32,000 nt of DNA. It comes from Wallemia ichthyophaga EXF-994 (Eukaryota; Fungi; Basidiomycota). Location of the stretch: contig NW_008806283.1 in assembly GCF_000400465.1 (NCBI RefSeq), positions 30,001 through 62,000 of the forward strand. Direction: 5' to 3'. The position numbers and the translations under genes were made by a program. Shown here in pieces: positions 1 through 11,815 of this stretch. Each line of letters begins with the position of its first letter. Positions within the stretch are counted from its first letter, which is position 1. The notes beneath the pieces are model-generated. The model was not told the DNA's origin and ran no database searches. It worked only from the letters and a program-made list of their open reading frames with translations.

Positions 1-2990
1 TACATCGGAACAGATGAAGCAGCTCGGCGGGCGCGACCTCACTGATTACTTCCCTCCACCACTCGAATGGGCTTGCGAGGGTCTGACGGATGGTGACATA
101 CCCAACTACGATCCCGGAAGCAGACTACTTGCCGTCCCAACTGCCGACCATAGCTCAGGAACCGAGTACGAACTCAATGAAGACTCAGCACTCCAGTCGT
201 CCACCTGGTACCCCGATAACTTCCTTCCCAAGATGAAACCCATGTACAAGGGTTTGTTTGTGATTCAGAAGGAGGACGTACAGGAGGACGGCTTTAAGCG
301 TGACAAGCAGAAGGCTATGTATGACGGCGGGGTTTACGACCTAAGTGCATACCTCTCCACCGTCAAGTACTACTCTTCGACGAATGATGCTGTGCAATTC
401 ATGGACGAGAGCGTCACCGATCTTTTCAAGGAGAAAGCGGGGCAGGATATTACGAAGGAGCTCAACGAGGTGTTGGACGGCATGGACAACACGCGCGCCG
501 ATCAGCACAAACAGTGTCTTAAGCGCAGGTACTATCTCGGCGACGTTGATTTCAGAGACACGCCCAGATGTCAGGCGCAGAACTACATCCTGCTCTCCTT
601 CACCGTATTTCTCTGTTGCATTCTCCTTGTCAAGTTCCTAGCGGCGCTCCAGCTCGGCAGCAAGCGCAAACCGGAGCCACAGGACAAATTTGTTATATGT
701 CAGGTGCGTGTGGTTTGTGCGTTATGCACCGTGCATTTTGCTAACATATACATAGGTTCCCGCTTACACTGAAGGTGAGGATTCGCTGAAGAAGACGATC
801 GACAGCTTGGCCGGGTTGGAGTATGACGACAAGCGCAAACTCATCCTCGTAGTGTGTGACGGCAACATTATTGGTGGTGGGAACGACAGAACAACACCGC
901 GCATAGTTCTCGATATATTCGGTGTCGATCCTGAAATCGACCCTGAGCCACTGATGCTTAAGTCTCTCGGCGAGGGCGGCAAGCAGATGAATTACGGCAA
1001 GGTGTATTCGGGGTTATATGAGTACGAGGGGCATGTTGTACCCTTTATGGTGGTTGTCAAGGTCGGTAAGCCTACCGAGCGGTCCAGACCAGGCAACAGA
1101 GGGAAGCGTGATTCACAGATTCTCGTGATGCGCTATCTTAACAGGGTGCACTTCAGCGCACCTATGTATCCACTCGAGCTGGAGATGATGCACCAAATGA
1201 AAAACGTCATCGGGATCGATCCGAGCTTCTACGAATACATACTCATGGTGGACGCAGATACATCCGTCACGCCAGAATCGGTCAATCGACTGGTTGCACG
1301 ATGCGTTGACGACAGCGCGATTATCGGGATTTGCGGTGAGACGAGGTTGGACAACGAGGAGCAAAGTTGGTGGACTATGATACAGGTGTATGAGTACTTT
1401 ATTTCCCACCATCTAGCCAAGGCGTTCGAAAGTCTGTTCAGTACTGTCACATGTCTTCCAGGGTGTTTCTCTATGTATCGCATTCGCACTGACGATAAAG
1501 GAAAGCCGCTGATCATCTCGACGCGTGTGATAGAGGACTATGCGGAGAACAACGTGGATACCTTGCACAAAAAGAATTTGCTCTCACTCGGTGAAGATCG
1601 TTACTTGACTACTATCATGCTCAAGTATTTCTCTGCATTCAAGATGAAATTCACCCAGGACGCTATTGCTCACACTGCAGCACCTGAGTCTTGGTCTATC
1701 CTTATGTCACAGAGACGTCGGTGGATCAACTCGACAGTACATAACTTTACTGAACTCATTAACCTTCCTGATATTTGCGGGTTCCTTTGCTTCAGTATGC
1801 GCTTTATCGTCATCATTGATCTTATCTCGACCATTCTATTGCCGGCAACCGTCGTTTATCTCGTCTACCTGATCACGATTGTCGCTTTGGGTCAAGGACC
1901 GTTCCCCATTATCACGATAATCATGTTAGCTGTGAGTGAATAGTTGGAGGTGATGATGGCATTACCTTCTCACTTTAACACCTGATCAACTTCTAACACT
2001 CCTCAGGCCACGTACGGCTTCCAAATCGTCATCTTCCTCCTCAAGCGCGAGTGGCAGTATGTAGGCTGGATGATCATCTACCTGCTCAGCTACCCCCTGT
2101 GGTCTTTCTACCTGCCGCTGTACTCGTTCTGGCATTTCGACGACTTCGGATGGGGTACGACGCGCGTTGTGATCGGTGAGAAAGGGTCGACCAAGATCGT
2201 CGCTACTGACGAAGAACCCTTCGACGAGTCGCAACTCCCTCTCAAGACATTCTCCGACTACGAAACAGAGCTGTACACTAAGACAGGCGGCACTAACCCC
2301 TTTTCCGACAGCCGCGGCATGGCTTCTACTATTAGTGACTTCCAGTTCCCACCGCCACACGCAAGTATGCATATGGGCGGTGGTGGGGGTGCGATGAGTG
2401 CGATGAACGGGATGAACGCCCGTTCTAACACTCCTGCTTATACCAACGCCGGCGATATGCCGCGCCCATACTCAACTTACTCCCTCGCTACCAACAACCT
2501 CGCTCCGAACATGCCGCACATGCAGAACATGCCGAACAATCCGTATGGAGCAGCGTCGGCGTACAACCCCACCATGAGCCACATGAGCATGGGCATGGGA
2601 ATGGGAATGGGTATGAATCCTTATCAGTCAATGTACGGTATTAGCGAGGCGCAGCTGCTGCCACACGCACAGATGCACGCACATACACAAGATCAAGATA
2701 ACTCGCCACACTCCAATTCAGCTGCTTCCAGACCTCCCTCTATGTTCTCGGGCGCGGGGCAGGCTGCATCGGACTTCGGTGCGAGCGTTGCTCCCAATCC
2801 CATCTCCGACCCCTCGGACGAACAGATTGTCCTCGCTCTCAGACAGTACCTCGCTACTACTCCCCTCATGCAGGTCACGAAACGCACCGCAAGAGATCAT
2901 GTAGCTAAGCGCTTCCCTAATGCCGACGTGGAGGCTAGGAGAGACACTATCAATCACTCTATTGACGCTATTCTCGAAGGTAGAATTTGA
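1..2990 (+). CDS. Chitin synthase, class V/VII type (cytochrome b5-like region, catalytic domain, TM region, C-terminal DEK_C); 5' part lies outside the window
   Basis: Exons <2-703, 756-1931 and 2007-2990. Introns are 704-755 (GTGCGT..CTAAC..TAG) and 1932-2006 (GTGAGT..CTAAC..CAG). The spliced product has [62 protein letters not shown] and a DEK_C-like tail ([25 protein letters not shown]). Confidence 0.95.
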
Positions 2991-4187
2991 TTTAGGTGTT
3001 ATTAATTACTACACTTTGCACAGAATAATTTAATATTATCATTATAACGGTAAAACAGTAAAAACTCGAACACTCGAACACTTTCGCTCATCATCACTTC
3101 CTGAACAATATTTTCGATCAATTTTACTCCCTCGCACCTTTCTCACGACTTTACTCACTAACTCACGCTTAAAACGAACACTTGATTATTTATATCATGC
3201 ATAGCATTATTCCTTTCTCAGCCACCTCGGTGTTTTTAAGAGTCTAACTAGCCTAATTAGTCTAATAATACTAACCAGTTTAGCTTTAGTTATTTCAGCT
3301 TTATCGTGCAAGTTCAACCCTGCTAACCACTGATGATCTAGAGTTTCACATGTTTCACCAGTACTCCCTTCAGTCTATCCTGCTCATTGAATTCTAAGCA
3401 ATCGAAACCCAATGTAGTAAACGACTAACAGATGGAAGGTTTTATCTCTCAAAAGACCCAAGCTCGTTGTTTATAGTTTGCAATCGCCCACCAACATACA
3501 ATGCCAATCCTTCCATAATCGTCCACGGGATGTAATGGCTTACAATTATGAAGGTTTCCGTATCTGTATTCGTTTTAATTCGTTATAATCCCATTGGAAA
3601 AACTCATAAAGGCGCATCGACGTTTGTTTCACAGTGCCGGAAACGCTTCAACTTATCGTAAAGGTGATGCCTTAGTCTGGTATGAAAGGATGCCAAAACA
3701 GCGCTGCCGCTATAGTTGGATCAATATTAGGGGCACCTCATAGATCAATTTATGCCTTTCGATAAAAATCAACCTGAGACCTATGGAAGGTAAGCCTTCT
3801 GAATAAGAGCTTTTTACATAATGATGGATTTTGAGAGAAACACAACTAAGAAACGAGGAATAAAAAACTGATATTACAGTGCTTGTATATAAGACTCAAA
3901 CAGTATCTTTATCTTCCTTTTTGCTTAGGAAAATTTGCGCAAATTACATAAAACACTAAGCTACAAAAGACAAGCTACACATGACCTCATTAAAACTTCG
4001 TCTTTTTTATCTCTCTTCGTCATCAAGATGCTTGCTGTTGATGGCGGCTTGTAATTTGCTGTTGGGATGCTCAACAAATCGGATGGGGTGTTTGTGGTGA
4101 GTAATAAAAAGTCCTTGGACCTGTTCGGCATCTCCAGCGCACAATTATGGAGGTAAAAACCAGCTCAAAAAGCCATTCGAGCCAGTA

Positions 4188-4740
4188 GTGAAAATTTTCA
4201 GACTACTCACTCCTCCTTTCAGTCGAAATATTTCTCTCGTCTTACTTCGAGATATCCGAAATGAAGCGTACGGGACCCAATCCCAAATCATTCAGCTATT
4301 TGCACTGATAGTGTGCAACACTCCGCCCGTATATGATGACGTTCGCCCATTACAAGGTGGTTATAATATAACCGCTGATAACAGCAGCGACAGAACGAAA
4401 TTATACACATTTATTACGCAGATGGACAAGTTTATGATCTTCAAGTACGTAAATGACCAGCCTAGCTTTGCAATGGTACGAAGAGCTGCCCGAGTCGGTC
4501 AGAACGCAAGATTACTTCTGGGTGAAGATGAGAGGTAAAATGATGAATCGCTTCACGTTGTTTGACATTGGTACCAGACCTTCTGCTTGGAAGAAACGTC
4601 TACTTAACAGGAAATTTAACGTTGATGGCTCGTTGCTTGACACAGTATCAGAAACAAGGGATGAGCACTATACATTCGTTCCCAGGCATAGGCAAACAGA
4701 GTTTGCAAGTTGTTTCATCCAATACTGTAGCTTGTCTTAA
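4188..4740 (+). mobile_element. Possible degenerate LTR-retrotransposon gag (capsid)-like fragment
   Basis: Two overlapping ORFs (4188-4538 and 4453-4740) read KLYTFITQMDKFMIFKYVND, then ALQWYEELPESVRTQDYFWVKMRGKMMNRF...KKRLLNRKFNVDGSLLD. This resembles the A..W...L.....W..l...f..rF pattern of Ty3/gypsy gag. Pattern recognition only; no LTRs or pol were seen. Confidence 0.25.
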
Positions 4741-4798
4741 GTTTTTTTTTTTTTCTCTGTTGATGTTCTTATTAAAGTGTATGAATACATGGTAAATC

Positions 4799-6306
4799 CT
4801 ATAAACGCTGAATATTGACCCCAAACAACATCCCTGCTCTCCTCAAAAGTGAAATTATGACGTAAGCAACAACAAGCTGCAGGGTGTAGAGCACCTTCCT
4901 CACCCAACTTTCATTCTCCTCTTCATTGTAATGCTTGATGTCGAGAGCGTATGTGATCTCCAAATCGTCAGTGTCACGCGAGTCAGTGACAGTCCACTCG
5001 CGCATAAATTCATCCTCCAGCTCACTCAGCTCCTCTATAAGGTTTGAGTTTTTCTCTATAGCTGCAATCACAGGCTCAGCGAGATCTGGTGAGCCCAAGA
5101 GTACGCTAGAGTGAATACGCTCTGTACCGCCTTCGATTAGCTTTGGCTTGCGCTTCACTGGCATTAAGGTTGTTAATTTGGATGTGTAGGGGTTGTGTGG
5201 TGGCTGGATTGCGTATCTGAATACAGGCATCGCGAGCTGTTCCATCAACACCTCTTTATTGAGAGAAATTAGTGGGTTTATTTGACTCTATGAAGGTGTT
5301 AGTTTCTGTTTATGCTATATACCCGTACTATGCTCACAGCGATCCACATTCTGCTTATATCAGATAATTCTTTCATCGAGTATGATCCGCCAATATCACC
5401 ACTACTGCCTGTGAACCATACTTGCTTGCATTTCTGACCCATATCTTCACTCCCCCTCAACAACTCCAGCCGGAGTTCGCGCTGATTGGCGCGGTTTTCG
5501 TTGAGAGCCATAGCGTGATAGCAGTGTTGGATGCGTTGGCCGAGGAGCGCATCCGGAAGACCGAAGTAGCTTTCTGGCCGGGTTATAATGGAATTGAATT
5601 TGGAAGTGATGCTGTTTGTTCATGAGATATGAACTCGAACATTGAGTTCAACCCACCCTGGCAGACTCGGGGAGGGTTTCACAGTGCAATCAAACAGTGC
5701 TAAGCATCTGATTACCGTTGAGTTAGACTGGAGTAAGACGAAATCCTCAACGACCCACTTTATGATAAATTGTTGCTCCAGGTGGCGTGTATTGGATGGT
5801 GATGATAGCAGCCATGGCTTGAGCACCTCCTCAGCCTCTGAGGCCACCTTCCCACCCCTCTTGCGCTCAAAGAAGGCCTTTAAAATTGGGAAAAAGCGTC
5901 TGAGCTGGTCTCGCGGAAGAATGCCAATTTCGTTGATAACAGCGGCGAGAATGCGAGCAACATATGCACCTTTGCTATATCCTAAAAGAAAGATCTCATC
6001 TTTGCCGTCTTCACTGTAATTCATGCAGAGAAATGCATAGAGCTCGAATAAGCAATTTGAGAAGGATTGATAAGCTACTCCGAGGAGCTGTGAGAGGAGA
6101 GAGGAGCTGAAGTGAGCCGTTCTATATTGGGCATATTGCATTACTGATGGCTGAGTGCGTTTATCGATTGTCTCAATTGATCGGAGAAGGTGGACAATGT
6201 TGGAATGATTGGGTGTGCTGGTGGAGTCATCCCAGGACCCATCTATACATACAATAAGCCTGTGCATTTGGTGGCAGTGGGTTATAAGGGAGTGTATGAT
6301 ATTCAT
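4799..6306 (-). CDS. DUF2235 (Tle1-like alpha/beta hydrolase) family protein, divergent, with C-terminal hydrophobic helix
   Basis: Exons (minus) 6306 or 6267-5759, 5707-5657, 5611-5338 and 5287-4799, with GT-AG introns 5758-5708, 5656-5612 and 5337-5288. Motifs are LIVCIDGSW..SNI, IFLLGYSKGAYVARILA, CLALFDC, HCYHAMALNENR and QVWFTGSSGDIGG..LSDISRMW. The C-terminus is VLYTLQLVVAYVIISLL. Confidence 0.85.
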
Positions 6307-6871
6307 ACGCGTTTGAGAGGATTGCGCCGGATTTAGAAAGTTAATTTCATAATTTAGAAGAGATTTACTGTATAATTTAAATGCAGCTCACAATAACAGG
6401 TGTTGCTTAGAATTTATCCCACTCGGCAGTCAATACTCAAGGTAGTGATGACAGTGAAAATATTCAGAATACCCTAAACGACTTCTCTAATCTCCAAAAT
6501 CTTGTTCATTTGGTGTAAAAGTGTGACAACAGTAGCCACGTTAGAATGTCTTGGACCGCTCCAGGACACTCTCTCATATCTTACTTTTGAGATCAAAACG
6601 AGCTGTACCTCTGGTATGCTGTATGGCTTGCATTCCATTCTAATTGGAAGAGTATTCGAAGTAGTCAAAGAACTTTATAGCGTGTTTAATGTAATATAAG
6701 TTTTCAGTTTTTACGAGTAATCAAAATTTCACCAAGAGTTAGTGAGGAATGGTTGTTATTTATGAGGGTGATTCACTGTGTTGCTTTAGGGGGTAAGATC
6801 CATTCAACAGAGAATCAAAAAGCTAGTCAACCAATTTGATCATATGCTCACACACTCTAATCAGCACGCTC

Positions 6872-8138
6872 ATGTTTTACCCAAACAAAGAAATCGCGAT
6901 CGACGGAGAGAATTTTAAGGACAAGGCAGTCGTAGTGATTGGAGTTAATGCAGGTGTGTCTATGCGTTCAAGCTTAGAAGTAGTCCATTCAACGAGCACA
7001 CGAGCACAGGCTTAGGATTCGCCAATGCAAATACCTAGTCCAAAGAGGCGTAAAGAGGTTAGTGATTGGATTTCGCTCACTCGATAAGGCACATAAAGCG
7101 CGTGACGGGGCTGCTTGAGCTGAATAAGCAGACACACCCCTCATCATCGGTTCAAGTATGGCAAATCGACCTGGCTTCTCTCGATTTAGTAAAAGCGTTC
7201 TGCGATAAATGGCTGGGTCAAGTGGAAGAGCAGAAAGCAATCGATTTAATTTTCGCTAATGCGGGTCTGGCAGCGTTCAGCGCCAACCAATCAACCTGAG
7301 AAGATAGCCTCGGAATGACCTATCAGGTGGCGTTTAAGCTTCTATGCTCTTTTTGACACGTCTCCGGTCAGTATGATGGACTAAGCCACTTCGTTATCAT
7401 ACTCTCCCTCCTCCCCGCTCTCAGCTTGGCAAGTGACCCGCGAGTGGTGATGACTGGAGCGGCGGGGAGCAAGTTGGCCACCATTCCAGATCCACCGTGT
7501 AATAATCCATGCACTCCCCTGAAAGATACATACGCGATTGGATCAACCATCTGGAATGCAGTTCGGTTATATGCTGATACAAAACTGGGTGGGTGTTGAG
7601 AGGTTGATTATAGCTTCTCTAAAGCAACCCAAGTAATTGCAATGATTATTACGTATACAGGAAAGACTCAGAGTGCATCACAATGCTGCGTACAGGAAGA
7701 TTTTTATCGCAGTTTATAATCCAGGCTTGGTGGTGGGTAAGAGATTTCTCCAAGATGTCTTGAATGCTTACAAATGCGTTGTACAAGACAATCATCATCG
7801 ACAAAAGTCAAGACAGCGCTGCGTGGCTTTTCACAGCACCAATCAACTTTATCTTCAACACGTTGGCGATAGACACAGAGAGAGGCATGAGACCGGGACT
7901 GTATCTGGCGAGTACGCCCGCAGAAGCGCTCCCACTTGGCTGCTACTGGAATGAGAATGGCGAGGTGGAGTATGTCAATAACCAGCATGAGGACGAGGAG
8001 TCAAGGAGGTGAGTGAGGAGATTTAGGTGGTGAATGGGAGCTCATCCTGTACAAAGGAGGTGTTATGAGAGGCTGATGCTTGATGGGAAGCTGGAACAAG
8101 ATGTTTTAGCTTTAGAAGAGGATAAGACAACGAGATGA
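6872..8138 (+). pseudogene. Short-chain dehydrogenase/reductase (retinol-dehydrogenase/WWOX-like type) pseudogene
   Basis: The ATG is at 6872. The spliced reading gives VVVIGVNAG-LGF (TGxxxGxG-like), IDLASLDLV, IDLIFANAGL, LSHF, YADTK (YxxxK) and YNPGLV. The frame is broken at about 7027-7031 and about 7107-7110, by an in-frame TGA at 7297-7299, and probably again near 7655-7660. Confidence 0.8.
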
Positions 8139-8245
8139 TGAATGATGAGATAATGAGATGATGAAACATGCATATATGTAAAACTGAACGTGACATTATG
8201 AGTATTTGACGGATAAGAGCCTGCATTCAGAATGAATTCAGCATG

Positions 8246-8291
8246 TGAAAAAAGCACGTGAAAAAGCACCTGAAAAACACCTGAAAAACAC
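8246..8291. repeat. Four imperfect tandem copies of TGAAAAA(G)CAC(C/G)
   Basis: Read directly as tgaaaaaagcacg tgaaaaagcacc tgaaaaacacc tgaaaaacac, about 70 nt upstream of the GH78 ATG. Confidence 0.8.
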
Positions 8292-8363
8292 ATGATGATG
8301 ACTAAATCAAGTGGGTAAATGTAAAGCCTCAACATACATAAGCGCTTGTATGTGCTATAGTCG

Positions 8364-10560
8364 ATGAGCATGCACATACTCAACAACATACTCATACTCA
8401 TACTCGCCACGACAGCGTCGGCGTGGACGACGAAATACAAGGAATACATCCACAGTCCATCGTCGCGCACAGTAACGCCGCAGAGCGTATATGGGATAGA
8501 GTGAGATATGCGAGCGAGCAAGCGAATAGACTGACAAAGCCATCACAGAGGCAATGTCACCAACCCACTCGGAATTCTCGGGGGTGAGGGCGCCGCAACA
8601 CTTTCAGGGGTGAATAGTACGATAGTAGTAGATTTCGGCTATATCACAGCCGGGCTGCTATCGTTCAACTATACAGCCGATTCGGCGAATCAGACGGTCG
8701 GCGTAGCATTTTCCGAGTCAAGCTACTACGCGACGCAGTCGAGCGACATGTCGATAGGGCTGAATGGGGAGGTAGATGGGTCGTTGCGAGTGGAGCTCAA
8801 TGGGACCAACGGCACGCAAGAGCAGTGGACAGCGGACGATCTGCATCTTCGAGGAGCGTACCGGTATGCGACGCTATTCATGGCCACGCCAGGTACAGTA
8901 GAGGTGAGCGGCCTATCGAACCAATTCACAGCTGCGCCGCAAGTCGATGAGGACAAGCTGCGCGAGTACTCCGGGTATTTCTACAGCGACGACGCGCTCC
9001 TCAACCGCATATGGTATGCCGCCGCATACACGAACCAGCTGTCGACAATCGGCGCGGGGACATCGCGCAACACCACCACCACGCCAACATCCAACTGGAA
9101 CAACAGCGAGCTGATAACTCCACTTTCCCCCTCCGATAGCGTGCTCGTCGACGGCGCTAAACGCGACCGCACTGAGTGGCCAGGCGACTTTGCTACGGCC
9201 ATACCACCCACGTTCCTCGCGAACAACAGGGATGGATTGGGGATGGAAGCGCTGCGCAACTCACTCCGCGCGCTTTATTCGCAGGTCAGCGCCGAGGGCA
9301 TGCTCCCGTACGCAGGGCCACCGCTGCTGAAGGGGCCGCAGTCGTACACGTACCACCTGTGGACGCTGAGTGCGACATACGCGTACTGGAAGCACAGCGG
9401 GGACGATGATTTCGTGAAGGGATTATGGGACGTGTTTGGTCGCGGCGTGGACCTCGCGCTGGAGGATGTGGAGCGGGGCGCAAACAAAACGGGGTTGCTG
9501 GATGTACCCGAAAGCGCTTCGTCGTCGTGGGGACGCAGTCCGACCGCGGGACACGACCTCACTGCGAATGCCAATCTGTACCATGCGCTGGAGTGCGCGG
9601 GGAAGCTGGCGCGCGCTCAACAGGACGGACGAGGCAATGCAGTGGGAAGAGCACATGGAGCCGCTCAGCAACGCTATCAACACCCATCTGTGGGACGAGG
9701 AGACGGGGCTGTATATGGACAACGACACGGAGGCTGGTCACTCGCTCTATCCTCAGGACGGCAATGCTGTAGCTGTGCTGTATGGCGTCGCTGATGCAGA
9801 CAGAGCACAGACAGTGAGCTCGGCATTGAAACAGCGCTGGAATGACCACGGTGCCGTCTCCCCAGAAGGCCTAAGCGCCATCTCGCCCTTCGTGTCGGGA
9901 TTGGAGGTGTCCGCACACGTGCAGGCTGGTGAGTGGCTTGTGTGCTCATTTGCAGTGCTAACACCACAACCACCCGCAGGAAACATAACCAACGCACTCG
10001 AATTGATTAGGCTGGAATGGGGATATATGCTCAGCGCCTTCTCCAACTCGACGCTGATTGAAGGTTTCTACCACGACGGGACACTGCATTACCCGTTCTA
10101 CGGCTCGCTCGACAGCTACATCTCACACGCGCACGCATGGTCGACTACACCACTAGCCACGCTCACGCAGGAGGTGGCTGGGCTGAGAATAGGCGATAAT
10201 CTCACGCGGTGGGAGTACGCGCCGCAGAACACTGACCTCGAGTTTGTAGAGACAGGCTTCGCGGTGCAAGGGGGAGAGATCAGGGCTAGAATGAGAGGCG
10301 GTGGTGGAGTGGTAGCGTATGAGCTGCAGGCGCCTCAAGGGACCAGCGGGTCGATTAGGGTGCCTGTTGCGGACAATGGCACTGTCTCAGTCGACGGAAA
10401 GAGAGCGAATGGTGAACGCGGCAACGGGAAAATGCTGCTGGAGGATATTCAAGGGGACGGACAGGTGATGGAGATTGTGGTGGCTGACATGGGCAATTTT
10501 GCAGCCAATTGGTCTAAGCAGACGGATCCAACGCGGGAGGAGAGTGATGCGTTTGCGTGA
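8364..10560 (+). CDS. Secreted alpha-L-rhamnosidase, GH78-type, with one frameshift (pseudogene or assembly error)
   Basis: The ATG at 8364 gives a signal peptide (MSMHILNNILILILATTASA-W), then YIHSPSSRTVTPQSV. Intron 8501-8548 is followed by GNVTNP..TIVVDFG, LNRIWYAAAYTNQL, LVDGAKRDRTEWPGD and SYTYHLW. The frame shifts at about 9609-9616 to THLWDEETGLY and YPQDGN. After intron 9929-9979 come EWGYML and SHAHAWSTTP. Confidence 0.9.
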
Positions 10561-10572
10561 AGGCTGATAGTG

Positions 10573-10662
10573 TAAATGATGAATATAAATGATGAAGAAT
10601 ATAAATGGAATATAAATGATGAATATAAATGGATAAATGGATAAATGGATAAATGGATAAAT
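10573..10662. repeat. AT-rich low-complexity tandem repeat (GAATATAAAT / ATAAATGG units) downstream of the GH78 stop
   Basis: Read directly: gaatataaat recurs four times, followed by (ggataaat) x4. Confidence 0.8.
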
Positions 10663-10923
10663 ACATGAAATAGTCCACGCGAGTCAAATTGTATGGCCAC
10701 AGGCTAGCACAGGCAGGAGGAGGAGGAGGAGAGAAATAAAAAGAGTAAAGGTCTAGAGCCCACCTGCTACGCCTAGAAATACAAATTAAGAAAAAAGTTG
10801 GAATTGAAAATATGACGCCTTGTTCAAAAAAACTTTGCCCGATTCACAATTCTTGCTCAGCGACCGTCAAGAAGGTGAGTAGGAATGGTGAATAATTGCG
10901 CATAAATTAAGAAAACCCGTAGA

Positions 10924-11514
10924 ATGCCTGGTGTCAGCCATCAACACAAGTATTCAGAGTATCTCGTCGTTGGACGCAGACTTCCGACCGAAGTCGATCC
11001 AACGCCAAAGCTCTACAGAATGAGAATATTTGCACCAAATGAGGTCGTTGCAAAGTCACGTTTCTGGTACTTTGTTGGACAGTACAGAAAGATGAAGAAG
11101 GGTACTGGTGAGATTGTTTCTCTCAACGTGATCAGCGAGAAGAAGCCACTCAAGCCAAAGAACTTTGGTATCTGGTTGAGATACGATTCACGTTCTGGTA
11201 TCCACAACATGTACAAGGAGTTCCGCGAATTGTCACGTGTTGACGCTGTTCAAGCTCTTTACCAGGACATGGCTGCCAGACACAGAGCTCGTTTCCGTTC
11301 TGTACAAATTCTCCGTGTTGCTGAGATCGAGAAGACTGAGGACATTCGTAGACCGTGAGTTTGGTGTTTGACACTTTAAAACTGAGTACTTAACAACTTT
11401 TACAGATACATCCGTCAACTCCTCACTAAGAACCTCAAGTTCCCACTCCCTCACAACAGAAACAAGAACTACAGATCTTCATTCCAAGCTAAGCGTCCTT
11501 CCACCTTCGCTTAA
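10924..11514 (+). CDS. RPL20: 60S ribosomal protein eL20 (L18a/L20)
   Basis: Contains [55 protein letters not shown] and [12 protein letters not shown]. Intron 11355-11405 joins to [17 protein letters not shown]...KRPSTFA*. There is a probable 5'-UTR intron at 10875-10922. Confidence 0.97.
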
Positions 11515-11815
11515 GCCATGTGTTTGCGCTGTTGCGGTCAAGGGCAAGTCTTTTGTGAACTGGTTAATATTACTTTGAATCGAATTAGTTTGCAGGGGTT
11601 ATGTTAGTGTGAAGGGTGTGCATTAGAGGTTTAAAGATTTGTGTAACGTGCATTTATGTACTGTTCTGAGACAAGTATGAAAAACTTGAATTTCAAATAT
11701 TATAGCACATTCAATATAAACTCAATCATCACAAAACATGTCTGTAACATATGTATATGGATGTAACAAAAGATAGCAAGCCATAGACAGTCTGCAGAAG
11801 TACACAAGCACCCCG

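Noticed and set aside
4742-4754. T13 run as a LINE/SINE poly(A) tail
   Set aside because: No target-site duplication or element body is present. It lies just beyond the stop of the minus-strand DUF2235 gene and is better explained as 3'-UTR sequence.
5708-5758. Apparent peptide insertions in ORF-track proteins (here and at 9929-9979)
   Set aside because: Both are 51-nt stop-free in-frame introns with GT, CTAAC-like branch and AG signals. Removing them restores the family motifs.
6872-10560. SDR next to rhamnosidase as an L-rhamnose catabolic cluster
   Set aside because: The SDR has the long retinol-dehydrogenase/WWOX-like layout rather than that of L-rhamnose 1-dehydrogenase. No lactonase, dehydratase, transporter or regulator lies nearby.
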